Assembly (NCBI GenBank): GCA_963719225.1
Contig: CAVRAY010000001.1
Coordinates: 3,200,001 to 3,264,000, forward strand
Length of the DNA stretch: 64,000 nt
Direction of reading: 5' to 3'
Origin: Thermoanaerobaculia bacterium
Lineage (GTDB): Bacteria; Acidobacteriota; Thermoanaerobaculia; UBA5066
Part shown: positions 49,370 to 59,527 of the stretch, in pieces
Layout of the letters: each line of letters opens with the position of its first letter
How positions within the stretch are numbered: the stretch's first letter is position 1
Program-made: the position numbers and the translations under genes
Notes under the pieces: generated by a model
The model's database searches: none
Seen by the model: only the letters and a program-made list of their open reading frames with translations
What the model was told of the DNA's origin: nothing

Positions 49370-52300
49370 TTACCTGCTAATGGGGATGTAGCTGCCGTCG
49401 GAGTTGTGCTGGTCGTTGAGGACTCCGTACGCGGCCCAGCGCGAGGAGCCCGAGAGCCTCTCGACCTTCGCGAAGCCGGCCGCCGCGCCGCGCTCGGCGA
49501 GCGGCCCGTTGAACTGCTTCCACTCCCCCGGCGACAGCGTTGCCGTTTCGGGATTCGAAAGGAGCGATCCGTCGGGCCCGTAGTACGTCACGCGTAGCGT
49601 GATCGAATCGCCCGCGTCGCCGCGGTTCACGACGGCGAGGTTCGAGCGCTGGACGTCGTTCTGCTGCAGGCCGTTCACGTACGCGAGCGCCGTCGCGCTC
49701 TCGCCGAACGTCAGGCCGGGGTAGAAGAGACCGAACGTGCCGCCGCCCGCCGCGTTCGTGAACGTCCGCGCTCCGACTGCGAGCGAGGAGGCAGGCGTGC
49801 CAGAGGGAGCATTGACGAGGAGCGATCCTCCAACATTGCCGGAAGTGGGGATCGGGAGACCGAGATTCCTTAGAAAGGTCATGGAGTCGGCTTCTATCCG
49901 CTGTTCGCCCGCCGGCAGCGTGAACGGCACCATCCCCGAGCCCGCGGCCGAGAGCTGAGGCGAGCCGGTGTACGTCAGGCTCAGCGCGAGCGGCTGGTTC
50001 GTGAAGTTCGTCAGCGTCAGCTCGGTCTGATACCCGGCCGCGCTCAGCACGATCGGGACGAGGCGGTCGGCCCCGGAGCCGTCGCCCGGGATGATTGCCG
50101 GCACGAACGATCCGTCCGAAGTCCCCGCGTCGTTGAGGACGCCGTAGGCCGTGAAAGGCGAGGTTCCGGAAACCCTCGTCACGACCGCCAGCCCCGAAGT
50201 CGCCTTTCCGAGGAGCGGCTGGTTGAGCTGCGTCCAGCCCCAGCCGGGGAGGTTCTCGTCGGCAGGTTCCGTCAGCCTCTCGCCGTTCGCGCCCTCGAGC
50301 GAAACGCGCAGCGTGATCGGGTCCGGTCCCGCATTGATCAGGGCGAGGTTCGAGCGCTGCGCGGCGTTCTGCTGCAGTCCGAAAACCGTGGCTGTCGTCG
50401 TCGAGGTGGCCGCCGCCGTGTAGAAGAGCCCGAAGGTGCCGCCCGCCCCCGGCGTCGACGTGCGCGCGCCGATGAAAACGTCGCTCGAAGACGACGCGCC
50501 CTGGAACACGGCGCGCAGCGTCCCGATCTGCGCGGAACCATCCTGGGGAATCGCTAGCGACCGCGTGCGCAGGAACGCGATCACGTCGGGAATGACCCGC
50601 AGCTCGCCCGCTCCGAGCGTCAGGCTCGCGAAGCCGCTGCCCGAGCCGACGGAGGGTGTGTACTGGAGGAGGACCGTGACGGGCGCGCTCGCCTTCGAAG
50701 CCAGCGTGAGCTCGGACGTGTAATGCGCCCCGCCCGCGCCCGGCGTGTCGAGGACGACGGGCAACAGCTGCTCCGGCCCTCCGGTGAACGCGGGAGCGCG
50801 GACCGTGACGGTCGTCGTCGCCGTGGAGACGAGCCCGAGGGTGTCGCGCACTTTCAACGTCACGACGTACGTTCCCGGTGCCGCGAACGCGTGGTCCACC
50901 GGACTGCCCGAGCCGGCCGTCCCGTCGCCGAAATCCCAGGTCGACGTCGTCGGATCGTTCGGATCGACCTGCGTCACGTTCGCGACGAAGCGGACCATCG
51001 TCCCTGCGTCCACCGTTCCTCCGCCCGCGAGAGGCGCGATCGCCGCGCCGGGCGCGGAGTCGCCGGTGGGAGCCCAGGCCGAAAAGACCTCCGTGTTCGC
51101 GGGCGAGTCGTCCGTCCACATGACGAGGAGGTTGCCGAGCGCGTCCGTCGCGCCCGCGGCGCCGGTCGAGACGCCTGGATTCGCCGACAGGTTCACGGGT
51201 GGCTCGAACGTCTTCCCCCCGTCGGACGAGCGCGCGGTGAAGATGTCGCTCTGGTCGTTCCCGGTGTCGTCCTCCCAGACGATCGAGATGCCCCCGCGGG
51301 AGTCCGCAACGACCGACGGATAGAAGCTCTGCCCGGCGTTGTTAGAGACGTCGACCGGAGCCGAGAACGTCGCACCGCCGTCCGTGGATCTGATGAACAT
51401 GACCTCGCGGTTGAGGGACGAGTCGGCGTTCACGGTGCGGTTGTAGAACGTGACGAGGAGCGCGTCGCTCCTGTCCACGGCGACCCGGGGCGCGAACGAG
51501 TTCACGCTCGAGTCCGAGACCGTCTTCTTCACGGAGAACGTCGTGCCGGCGGGCGCGATCGCCATGCGGCACGTGAAAGGCGTCCCCGCCGAATTCGTCG
51601 TCGTCGACCAGGCGAGATAGGCGGCGCCCTTCGAGTCGAAGGCGAGCGAGAGCGGCTGAAGCGGGTTGATGTTGTTCTCGTCGGGCAGGGACTGGACCGT
51701 TCCGAACGTCGCGCCGGCATCCGTTGAACGCACGGCGTTGATGACGAGGAGGCTGTTCGCCGGATCCTGGTCGATGAAAGCCACGACGACGTTGCGGTTC
51801 GCGTCGACCGCGATCGCCGAGAGGTCGGCGTTCCGTCCCGCCTTGCTGACCCTGACCGGAGCCTGGAAGGTCGCACCGCCGTCCGTCGAGCGCGTCACCC
51901 AGATCTCTCCGATCGCGCCGTTCTGAGTCGTGAACGAGACGTAGGGGTTCCCCGAGGCATCCAGAGCGAGGACGCCACCCGTCGCGGCTGCCGTGTTCGT
52001 GGAGACCTTGAGCGGCGCCGACCAGGTGAGGCCGCGATCCGTCGACCGCCGGTAAACGACGTCCGAGCCCGTCACGTTCCGGGTGTCGTCGTCATAAACG
52101 AGGTGGATCGCGCCCGCCGAGTCGATGCGCGGCGGGCCCGCCAGGCTCGAGAAGCCCGCTGAGCGGCTCACGTTGAGCGGGAGCGACACGGGGCGGACCG
52201 CCGGCTGCACGTCGAAACGGACGTTAGTCTTTCGCGCGAAGGACGTTCCCGCGGCCGCGACGGTCACGAGATACGTGCCCGGAGGAAGGGACGGCGCCGC

Positions 52301-54039
52301 AAGAACCGTGAGCCGCGATGCCTGCCCGGCCGCCACCGTCGCGCTGGAAAACGTGTACGCAAGGCCGGGCACATTCGGCGAAGCGGAGAGCGAGAGCGAG
52401 CCCTGAAAGCCGTTCGCCGCGGTCGTCGTCACGTCGACCGTCGCGGACTCGCCGGCGCGCAGGGAAGCGTAGACCTGCCGCGCCGAGACGTTGAAATCGG
52501 GGCCGGCGGCGACCGTCGACGGAAAGAAGGCGTAGTAGACATCCGGATCGCTGCCCCGCTCGTCGCTCCACGACAGATGGAAAGTCCCCGCGTCCCCCGC
52601 CATGCCGTCGTAGTCCCCGTGGTAGCTCCCGAACGAGCTCGGTCCGAAAACCCAGTTGTGGTCGGTGACGCGGAGGTTCTTGCCGAACGTGGCGCCGCCG
52701 TCCGCGGAGACGCTCATGTAGACGTCGGTCAGGCTGTCGTTCACCGGGTCGTTGCGACGGTCCCACCACTTCACGCCGACGCGCGCGTCCGCGGCGACGG
52801 CGATCGCGGGCGACCATTGGCTCGTCGACGTCGCGTCGTCGTTGACGCGAACGGGAGCGCTGAACGTCGCCCCCCGTCCGTCGAGCGGACGTAGAAGATG
52901 TCCGACCGGTCCGCGGTCTGACCGGGCGAGACGGCCGCGTAGGCGAGATGGTACGTCCCGCTCGTGTCGACGGCGGTGACCGGGAAGGTGTCCGCCCGCA
53001 CGCCGTTGCCTCCCGGGAGGGTGCCCGCGATCTCCGTGAGCTTTGCGGCCGTCCGGATCGCCGAGAACGTGGCGCCTCCGTCCGTGGACTTCGTGACCGT
53101 GATGCCGGAGCTTCCGGAGTGGCTGTCGTTGTACGACACGTAGATTTCGCCGGCCGGACCGATGGAGATCGTGGAGTTCTGCACGAGGGTTGTTCCGTCG
53201 ATCGGCGAAAGAGCCAGCGGGCTGGAGAACGAGGCGCCCCCATCCGTGGACACCGCAAAGAGGATGAAATCGCCGCCGAGTGTCTGGGAAAAGTCGGTCC
53301 ACGTGACGTAGATCCTGCCTCGATACTTCGAGGACGTCGTGTCCACGGCGAGCCAGGGTTTGTCCTGCGTGTCGAAGACGTTCGCGGCGACCGTGCTCGC
53401 CTCGACGCAACCCCAGGAGACGGCGCCGTCGCTCGAGGAGCAGAGCGCGATGATGCTGACGCCGTCGCCCGCCGCGGCGAGCGTGGCGTAGGAGATCTCC
53501 CCGTCGGGACCGAAGGCGACCACGGGATTGCCGAAGTTCTGTCCGCCCCCGATCACCGGGAGACTCCCATGCCGGAACGTGCCGCCGCCGTCGGCGGAAA
53601 TGCCGTATCCGGACTCCATGACGGTGTTCGCGTCGTTGAAGCCGACCATCACGCTGCTCCCGCGTGCGGCGATCGAGGTCTCACTGTTCGTATGGCCGTC
53701 GACGTCGGTGGAGGGGTCGTTGACGCGGACGTTTTGCCCAGGCGCCGGCGTCGAGGACCGGAGCGTGCGCGCGAGCGGCGGGCGCGAAGGCCGCGCGCCC
53801 GGAGCCGGCAGCAGCCCCGCGGCCCGGAGGACGGCTCTCTGTCCCGCGGAGGAGAGCCGCCGAAACGCCTCGGGCTTCAGGAGAGGCGGCAGGTTCGCGC
53901 CTTCCTCGGCGAGCCGCAGAGCGTCGGCGTTGCGCGGGAGGGCGCCCGTGGAAACGCGCGCCGGCGGGACGGCTTCGATTCGTGCCGTGAGAAAAACGAG
54001 GGCGACGGCGGCCGGGAGAGTGGACGAGTGTCGTAGCAT
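49370..54039 (-). pseudogene. Very large secreted sialidase-like/BNR-repeat + PKD surface protein, 1-nt frameshift at 52870-52875
   Basis: Signal peptide at ATG 54039; many STDGGATF Asp-boxes in both frames; PKD WDFGDG; duplicated C-terminal domain. One extra G gives RSTDGGATFSAPVRVND. Confidence 0.85.
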
Positions 54040-54051
54040 CGGTTCTCGAGT

Positions 54052-55497
54052 ATGCGAAATAAGTGCCTCGTGAGGTTGGGTCTCGTCGCCCTCCTTTCCG
54101 GAGGTTCCGCCGCGCCGGCAGCCTCTCCTGCGCCTGCCGGGGAAGCGCGCACCATCGTCGAAGCGCTCGTCGCCTGCGGCACACGCCACTCCCTGTCCTC
54201 CTGGTCGGACACGAGGCGCGGCATCGGCTGCGGGCGCGACGTGGTCGTCCGCAATCTCGAAGCGGTCGAAAACGAGTCCGGAAAACGGATGCGGGTCGTC
54301 GTCGACAAATTCGAGACGACCGCGCCACGCACGAAGAACGCCGCCGTGCCGATGGAAAACGTCTACGCGATCCTTCCGGGCATCGATCCCGCGCGGGAGC
54401 GGACGGCGTTCGTCGTCTCCGGCCACTACGACTCGATGCCCTCCGACGTCATGGATCCCGCGACGGACGCGCCCGGCGCCGACGACGACGCGTCCGGCAC
54501 GGCGGTCTCGATCCTCACGGCGCGCGCTCTCGGCGCGACGCCCGCGCGCGCGACGCTGATCTTCGCGGCCGTCGCGGGCGAGGAGCAGGGCCTCCTCGGC
54601 GCGAAGCGGATGCTCGAGTGGCTCGGCAAGCACGGGTACGCCGTAGGCGGAATGATCACGTGCGACATCGTCGGCGCGACGAACGGGAGCACAGACCGCC
54701 GCGTGCGCGTCTTCTCCGAAGGCGGGCCCGACGGCGTCGACTCGCCGGGACGGCAGATGGCGCGCCTCGTCGAGGACGTGAACGGCAAGGACAAGGTGCG
54801 CCTCGTCTTCCGCCTCGACCGCTTCGGGCGGGGCGGGGACCACCGGCCGTTCACCGAGGCGGGCCTCCCCGCCGTGCGCTTCACGGAGCCGCTCGAAGAT
54901 TATCGCCACGAGCATCAGACCCCACGCGTCGTGAACGGAATCGAATACGGCGACCTCGTGAAATTCATGGACTTCGACTTCGTCGCGGACACGGCGAGAG
55001 CCGTCGAGAGGACGCTGGAGGAAATGGCGAATGCTCCCGCGCCTCCCCGAAAGGTGACGCTCGGCGGAGCCGTGACGCCGGACGCGAAGATCTTCTTAGA
55101 AAGTAATGAGGACCCGGAGCGCGCGGGCTATGAGATTCTGTGGCGAGAGACGACGGATGCACGATGGAGTGTCCTTCGAACGGTCGATCCCAGGTCGGCG
55201 CAGGCGGAGGCCGCTGCGAACGCCGCACCTGCGGCGGCGCCGGCTGCGCCGCAGGCCGCCTCAGGGGCCCCCCGCTCCCCCTCTCTTTCACTCGAAGAAT
55301 CTCTCTCCTCGGTCCTCTCTTCGATCTCCACGGACAACCATTACTTCGCGGCGCGGAGCGTCGGAAAGAACGGGAAAAAGAGCATCGCCGTGCCGGCGGT
55401 CGCCGCCGTGAGACTGCCGCCCGGATTCGTTGCGGCTGACGCGCCGAAGCCGGCCGCAGCTCCCGCGCCAACAGCCACGACAGTTCCGAAGAAGTGA
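54052..55497 (+). CDS. M28-family metallopeptidase, secreted
   Basis: SGHYDS, GADDDASG, AGEEQGL, DIVG, RGGDH, YRHEHQ. Confidence 0.9.
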   Translation: MRNKCLVRLGLVALLSGGSAAPAASPAPAGEARTIVEALVACGTRHSLSSWSDTRRGIGCGRDVVVRNLEAVENESGKRMRVVVDKFETTAPRTKNAAVPMENVYAILPGIDPARERTAFVVSGHYDSMPSDVMDPATDAPGADDDASGTAVSILTARALGATPARATLIFAAVAGEEQGLLGAKRMLEWLGKHGYAVGGMITCDIVGATNGSTDRRVRVFSEGGPDGVDSPGRQMARLVEDVNGKDKVRLVFRLDRFGRGGDHRPFTEAGLPAVRFTEPLEDYRHEHQTPRVVNGIEYGDLVKFMDFDFVADTARAVERTLEEMANAPAPPRKVTLGGAVTPDAKIFLESNEDPERAGYEILWRETTDARWSVLRTVDPRSAQAEAAANAAPAAAPAAPQAASGAPRSPSLSLEESLSSVLSSISTDNHYFAARSVGKNGKKSIAVPAVAAVRLPPGFVAADAPKPAAAPAPTATTVPKK

Positions 55498-55516
55498 GCT
55501 CCACGGCGGCTCGCGC

Positions 55517-57295
55517 ATGACCATCACGCCGCTCGACTGGGCCATCGTCGCCGCCTACTTCCTTCTCTCGATCGGCGTTGGAGTCGCCTTTACGAAGAGG
55601 GGCGGCGAATCGCTCGAGCAGTACTTCGTCGCGGGGCGCAAGGTGCCGTGGTGGCTCGCGGGCGCCGCGATGATCGCGACGACGTTCGCGGCGGACACGC
55701 CGCTCGTCGTGACGGGCCTCGTCGCGGCCCACGGGGTCGCCGGCAACTGGATCTGGTGGAACTTCGTCATGTCGGGAACGCTGACGGTCTTTCTCTACGC
55801 GCGCCTCTGGCGCCGCGCGAAGGTCATGACGGACGTCGAGTTCGCCGAGATCCGCTACAGCGGGCGGCCCGCGACGTTCCTGCGCGGCTTCCGCGCGCTC
55901 TACCTCGCGCTCCCGATAAACCTCATCATCCTCGGCTGGGTCACGCTCGCGATGGTCAAGATCCTCCAGATCTCGCTCGGGATCCGGCCGCTCTGGGCCG
56001 TCGGCCTCTGCTTCGTGATCACGGTCGGGTACTCCGCTGCCGCGGGGATGTGGGCCGTCCTCTGGACCGACCTCGTCCAGCTCGTCATCAAGATGACCGC
56101 GGTCATCCTCCTCGCGTATTTCGCGGTGAAGAAGGTCGGCGGCATCGCCGGGCTCGAGGACGGGCTCGCGAAGCACTTCGGCTCCGTCGACGCGGCGATC
56201 TCCTTCCTCCCGCCCGCGGGCTCGGCGTGGATGCCCGCGATCGCGCTCTTCACGTTCCTCGCGGTCCAGTGGTGGGCCGCTTGGTACCCGGGCGCCGAGC
56301 CGGGCGGCGGCGGCTACGTCGCGCAGCGCATCTTCTCGGCGAAGACCGAGCGCGACGGCATTCTCGCGACGCTCTTCTTCAACGTCGGCCACTACGCGTT
56401 CCGCCCGTGGCCCTGGATCCTCACCGGCCTCGCGACCGTCCTCCTCTACCCCGCCGGCGTCCTCGTGAACGGCAGGCCCGACCACGAGGCCGCGTACGTC
56501 CAGGCGATGGTCGACCTCATGCCCGCCGGCTGGAAAGGCTTCATGCTCGCCGGCTTCGCGGCGGCTTACATGTCGACGGTCGGGACCCACTTGAATTGGG
56601 GGGCTTCGTATCTCGTCGGGGATGTCTATAAGAGATTTCTCAGAAAGGGGGAGAGCGAGAAACACTACGTGGCCGTTTCTCGCTGGACGACGGTTGGTTT
56701 GTTTCTGCTCTCCATCCTCGTCACTCTGAATCTGTCGTCCATCGAAGGAGCCTGGCGGTTCCTCCTCGCGCTCGGGAGCGGGACGGGCCTCGTGCTCATC
56801 CTCCGTTGGTACTGGTGGCGCATCAACGCGTGGAGCGAGATCGCCGCGATGCTGACGTCGATGGTCGTTTCGCTCGCGGCTTTCGCGTTCGTCCCGACCG
56901 GTTCGGGCCCCGGCGCGGTGTTCGAGCAGCAGGCGATCGTGATGCTCGTGACGGTCGTGGCGACGACGGTCGTCTGGCTCGCGGTGACGTTCGCGACGAA
57001 GCCCGAGCCCGACGCGACGCTGGACGCGTTCTACCGCCGCGTGCGTCCGGGCGGGCCCGGATGGGCGCGCGTCTCGGCGCGGCTCGGCTTCGGGAAAGAA
57101 CCGATCCCCGGCGGGGCGATGTCCTTCCTGAACTGGGCTCTCGGGATCGTCCTCGTGTACACGGCGCTCTTCGGGATCGGGAAGATCGTCTTCGGGCAGC
57201 TCTGGCTGGGTTTCGAGCTTCTCGATGTCGCGGCCGTTTGCTTCATCCTCATCATGTGGAGCCTGAAGAGGCAGGAGAAGAAGGAAAAGACGTAG
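55517..57295 (+). CDS. Sodium:solute symporter (SSS family)
   Basis: YFVAGRKVPWW, ATTFAADTPL, YVAQRIFSAK, AAYMST; 13 or more TM helices. Confidence 0.92.
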   Translation: MTITPLDWAIVAAYFLLSIGVGVAFTKRGGESLEQYFVAGRKVPWWLAGAAMIATTFAADTPLVVTGLVAAHGVAGNWIWWNFVMSGTLTVFLYARLWRRAKVMTDVEFAEIRYSGRPATFLRGFRALYLALPINLIILGWVTLAMVKILQISLGIRPLWAVGLCFVITVGYSAAAGMWAVLWTDLVQLVIKMTAVILLAYFAVKKVGGIAGLEDGLAKHFGSVDAAISFLPPAGSAWMPAIALFTFLAVQWWAAWYPGAEPGGGGYVAQRIFSAKTERDGILATLFFNVGHYAFRPWPWILTGLATVLLYPAGVLVNGRPDHEAAYVQAMVDLMPAGWKGFMLAGFAAAYMSTVGTHLNWGASYLVGDVYKRFLRKGESEKHYVAVSRWTTVGLFLLSILVTLNLSSIEGAWRFLLALGSGTGLVLILRWYWWRINAWSEIAAMLTSMVVSLAAFAFVPTGSGPGAVFEQQAIVMLVTVVATTVVWLAVTFATKPEPDATLDAFYRRVRPGGPGWARVSARLGFGKEPIPGGAMSFLNWALGIVLVYTALFGIGKIVFGQLWLGFELLDVAAVCFILIMWSLKRQEKKEKT

Positions 57296-57304
57296 TGAGC
57301 CGCC

Positions 57305-58924
57305 TCAGGCGGCGCGCATCGCCGAGCGCACCGCGTCGGCGGGGGGGACGAGGCTCATCGCCCTCTCGGCGAGCGCCGTGATCGTGAGAGAAGGATTCAC
57401 GCCCGGGTTCGCCGAGATGGCCGAGCCGTCCACGACAAAGAGCCCTTCGTAGCCGAAGACGCGGTGGCGGGCGTCGATCACGCCGGTCGCCAGCGACGCC
57501 CCCATGCAACAGCCACCGAGGATGTGCGCGGTCGTCGGGATCCCGAGGAGCGTCTCGGTCGCGAGGCTCTCGGTATAGCCGTCGAGCTTCTTCTCCACGC
57601 GGCGCGCGAGCTCGGTGGCTTCCGGGACCCACGCCTTCGCCTGCGGCCCGCTCCCCGTTCCCGTCGTGAGGCCGCGCCGGAAGAGCGTCCGGATGCCGCG
57701 GCCGAGCTTCATGCGGAGCGTCCCCTCGGACGTGCGCATGTAGAGCAGGATCATCGTGTACCTCGCCCAGTCCGGCACGAACGCGGCCTTCAGTGTGGCC
57801 CACGGCTTCTTCACGAACATCGCCCCGGCGTTCAGGAGACGCGTGCCGACGGTGTCGCCCGGCGCGTGCGGCATCGCCAGCGGGCGAAAAAAGCCGGAGC
57901 CCGCGGGATAGCGCACGGGCTCGAGGTGGGAGTGCGCGTCCGTCTGCAGGATGGAGCCGATCGCGATGCCCTCGGAGAGGTCCACGTCGCGCCGCTCGGT
58001 CACGACGCCCATGAGGACTTCCGAGTTCGTGCGCACGAAATCGCCGAGACGGTCGGAGATGTTCGGGAGGCCGTGGGGGCTTTCCTTCAGCTTGAGGAGG
58101 AGCTCCACCGTGCCGAGAACGCCCCCCGAAAAAACGACGCTCCTGGCCGCGAACGTCCGCGTTCTTCGCAGGAAAGGAAACGGCGAGCGTCCGGTGCGCG
58201 CTGTGATGGCATAGCCGCCGCCCTCGAGAGGCCGCACCCACGTGACCTCCGTGTCGGCCTCGACCTTCACGCCGCGCCTCTCGGCGAGCCAGAGGTAGTT
58301 CTTGTCGAGCGTGTTCTTCGCCTCGTGGCGGCAGCCCACCATGCAGCCTCCGCAGCGCGTACAGCCGGCGCGCTCCGGCCCTTCACCGCCGAAGTAGGGA
58401 TCGGGCACCTTCACGCCGGGCTCTCCGAAGAAAACAGCGACGTCCGTGGACGACCAGCCGTCCTCGCGGCCGATGTCCCTGCCCACCTCGCGCAGCACCT
58501 CGTCGGGCAGCGTCGTGAACGGCACTCGCGTAGCGCCGAGCATCCGCTTGGCGGTGGCGTAGTGGGGCGCGAGCTCGGCCTTCCAGTCGGCAAGGTCTCC
58601 CCAGGACGGAGCGGAGAAAAACTCGTCGGCCGGAACGGGAAGCGTGTTCGCGTAGACGAGCGATCCGCCGCCCACGCCGACTCCCGAGAGAGCCGTGACG
58701 TGGGGAAGAAACGTCATCTTGAAAAGGCCGCGGCAGCCCAGGGACGGCAGCCAGAGCCATCGCTTCACGTTCCAGTTCGATTTCGGAAAGTCGGACGCGG
58801 AAAAGCGCGTGCCTTTCTCGAGGACGAGAACGCGATGCCCCTTCTCCGCGAGGCGTAGCGCGCTCACGCTCCCGCCGAACCCGGAGCCGACGATCACGAC
58901 GTCGGCGTCGAACTTCTCTTGCAC
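57305..58924 (-). CDS. Cholesterol oxidase-like (ChoD-type) GMC oxidoreductase
   Basis: GSGFGGSVSALRL, GVGGGSLVYAN, CTRCGGCMVGC, KNTLDKNYL, TAHILGG, GVNPSLTITALAERAM. GTG start. Confidence 0.9.
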   Translation of the reverse strand: MQEKFDADVVIVGSGFGGSVSALRLAEKGHRVLVLEKGTRFSASDFPKSNWNVKRWLWLPSLGCRGLFKMTFLPHVTALSGVGVGGGSLVYANTLPVPADEFFSAPSWGDLADWKAELAPHYATAKRMLGATRVPFTTLPDEVLREVGRDIGREDGWSSTDVAVFFGEPGVKVPDPYFGGEGPERAGCTRCGGCMVGCRHEAKNTLDKNYLWLAERRGVKVEADTEVTWVRPLEGGGYAITARTGRSPFPFLRRTRTFAARSVVFSGGVLGTVELLLKLKESPHGLPNISDRLGDFVRTNSEVLMGVVTERRDVDLSEGIAIGSILQTDAHSHLEPVRYPAGSGFFRPLAMPHAPGDTVGTRLLNAGAMFVKKPWATLKAAFVPDWARYTMILLYMRTSEGTLRMKLGRGIRTLFRRGLTTGTGSGPQAKAWVPEATELARRVEKKLDGYTESLATETLLGIPTTAHILGGCCMGASLATGVIDARHRVFGYEGLFVVDGSAISANPGVNPSLTITALAERAMSLVPPADAVRSAMRAA

Positions 58925-59002
58925 GCAAGCGAGTCTACGTCTGTTTCTTCGGCCGGATCGTGCCGAGACGCGTGCTACGCTGAGGACGCACTCGGAGGCC
59001 GG

Positions 59003-59455
59003 ATGCGCAGGTTCCTGATCGTCGCCGCCGCGATCGCTCTCGCCGTGTGGCTCTATCGGAAGTCGCACCAGGACGGCGCTCCGACCGCCCGGCCCGTCGG
59101 AGGCGAATCGTCTCCCGGCCCCGGCTGCCTGATGGCCGCCGAGAGCGCGAACGGCGCGTTGGCCGAGGCCACACGCCTCCTGATCTCGATGCCCGTCGAC
59201 TCGTCGAAGTGGAGCGATGCCGAGGGCCGAGCTTCCTCCGCGATCTCGCGGGCCGAATCCGCGTGCTCGGGCGGCGCGACGGAAGCCGAGCGCGCCGGGA
59301 TGGAATCGGCGCGGGAGGCGCTCACTCTCATGCGCGCGACTCTCAGGGAGGCCGCGCACGCCGCCCTCGGTGCGGGAGGTTTTCAGGGCGCGCTACGGCA
59401 GGAGGCGATCGACAACCGACTGGCCTCCGCGCGCGGGAAGTTCGGCCTCCGCTAG
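59003..59455 (+). CDS. Hypothetical membrane-anchored helical protein
   Basis: GGAGG RBS, N-terminal TM/signal segment, Ala-rich helices, two Cys. Confidence 0.65.
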   Translation: MRRFLIVAAAIALAVWLYRKSHQDGAPTARPVGGESSPGPGCLMAAESANGALAEATRLLISMPVDSSKWSDAEGRASSAISRAESACSGGATEAERAGMESAREALTLMRATLREAAHAALGAGGFQGALRQEAIDNRLASARGKFGLR

Positions 59456-59527
59456 CCTCACAGGGCACGGTTCGGTCGCAACATCCTCCCGGCGGTTTCG
59501 TAGAAACCCGTTAATAAGGAGGACGTC

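Noticed and set aside
49373-50770. Diversity-generating retroelement (template/variable repeat pair) in duplicated domains
   Set aside because: The copies are in-frame protein domain duplications diverged at all base types, and no reverse transcriptase is present.
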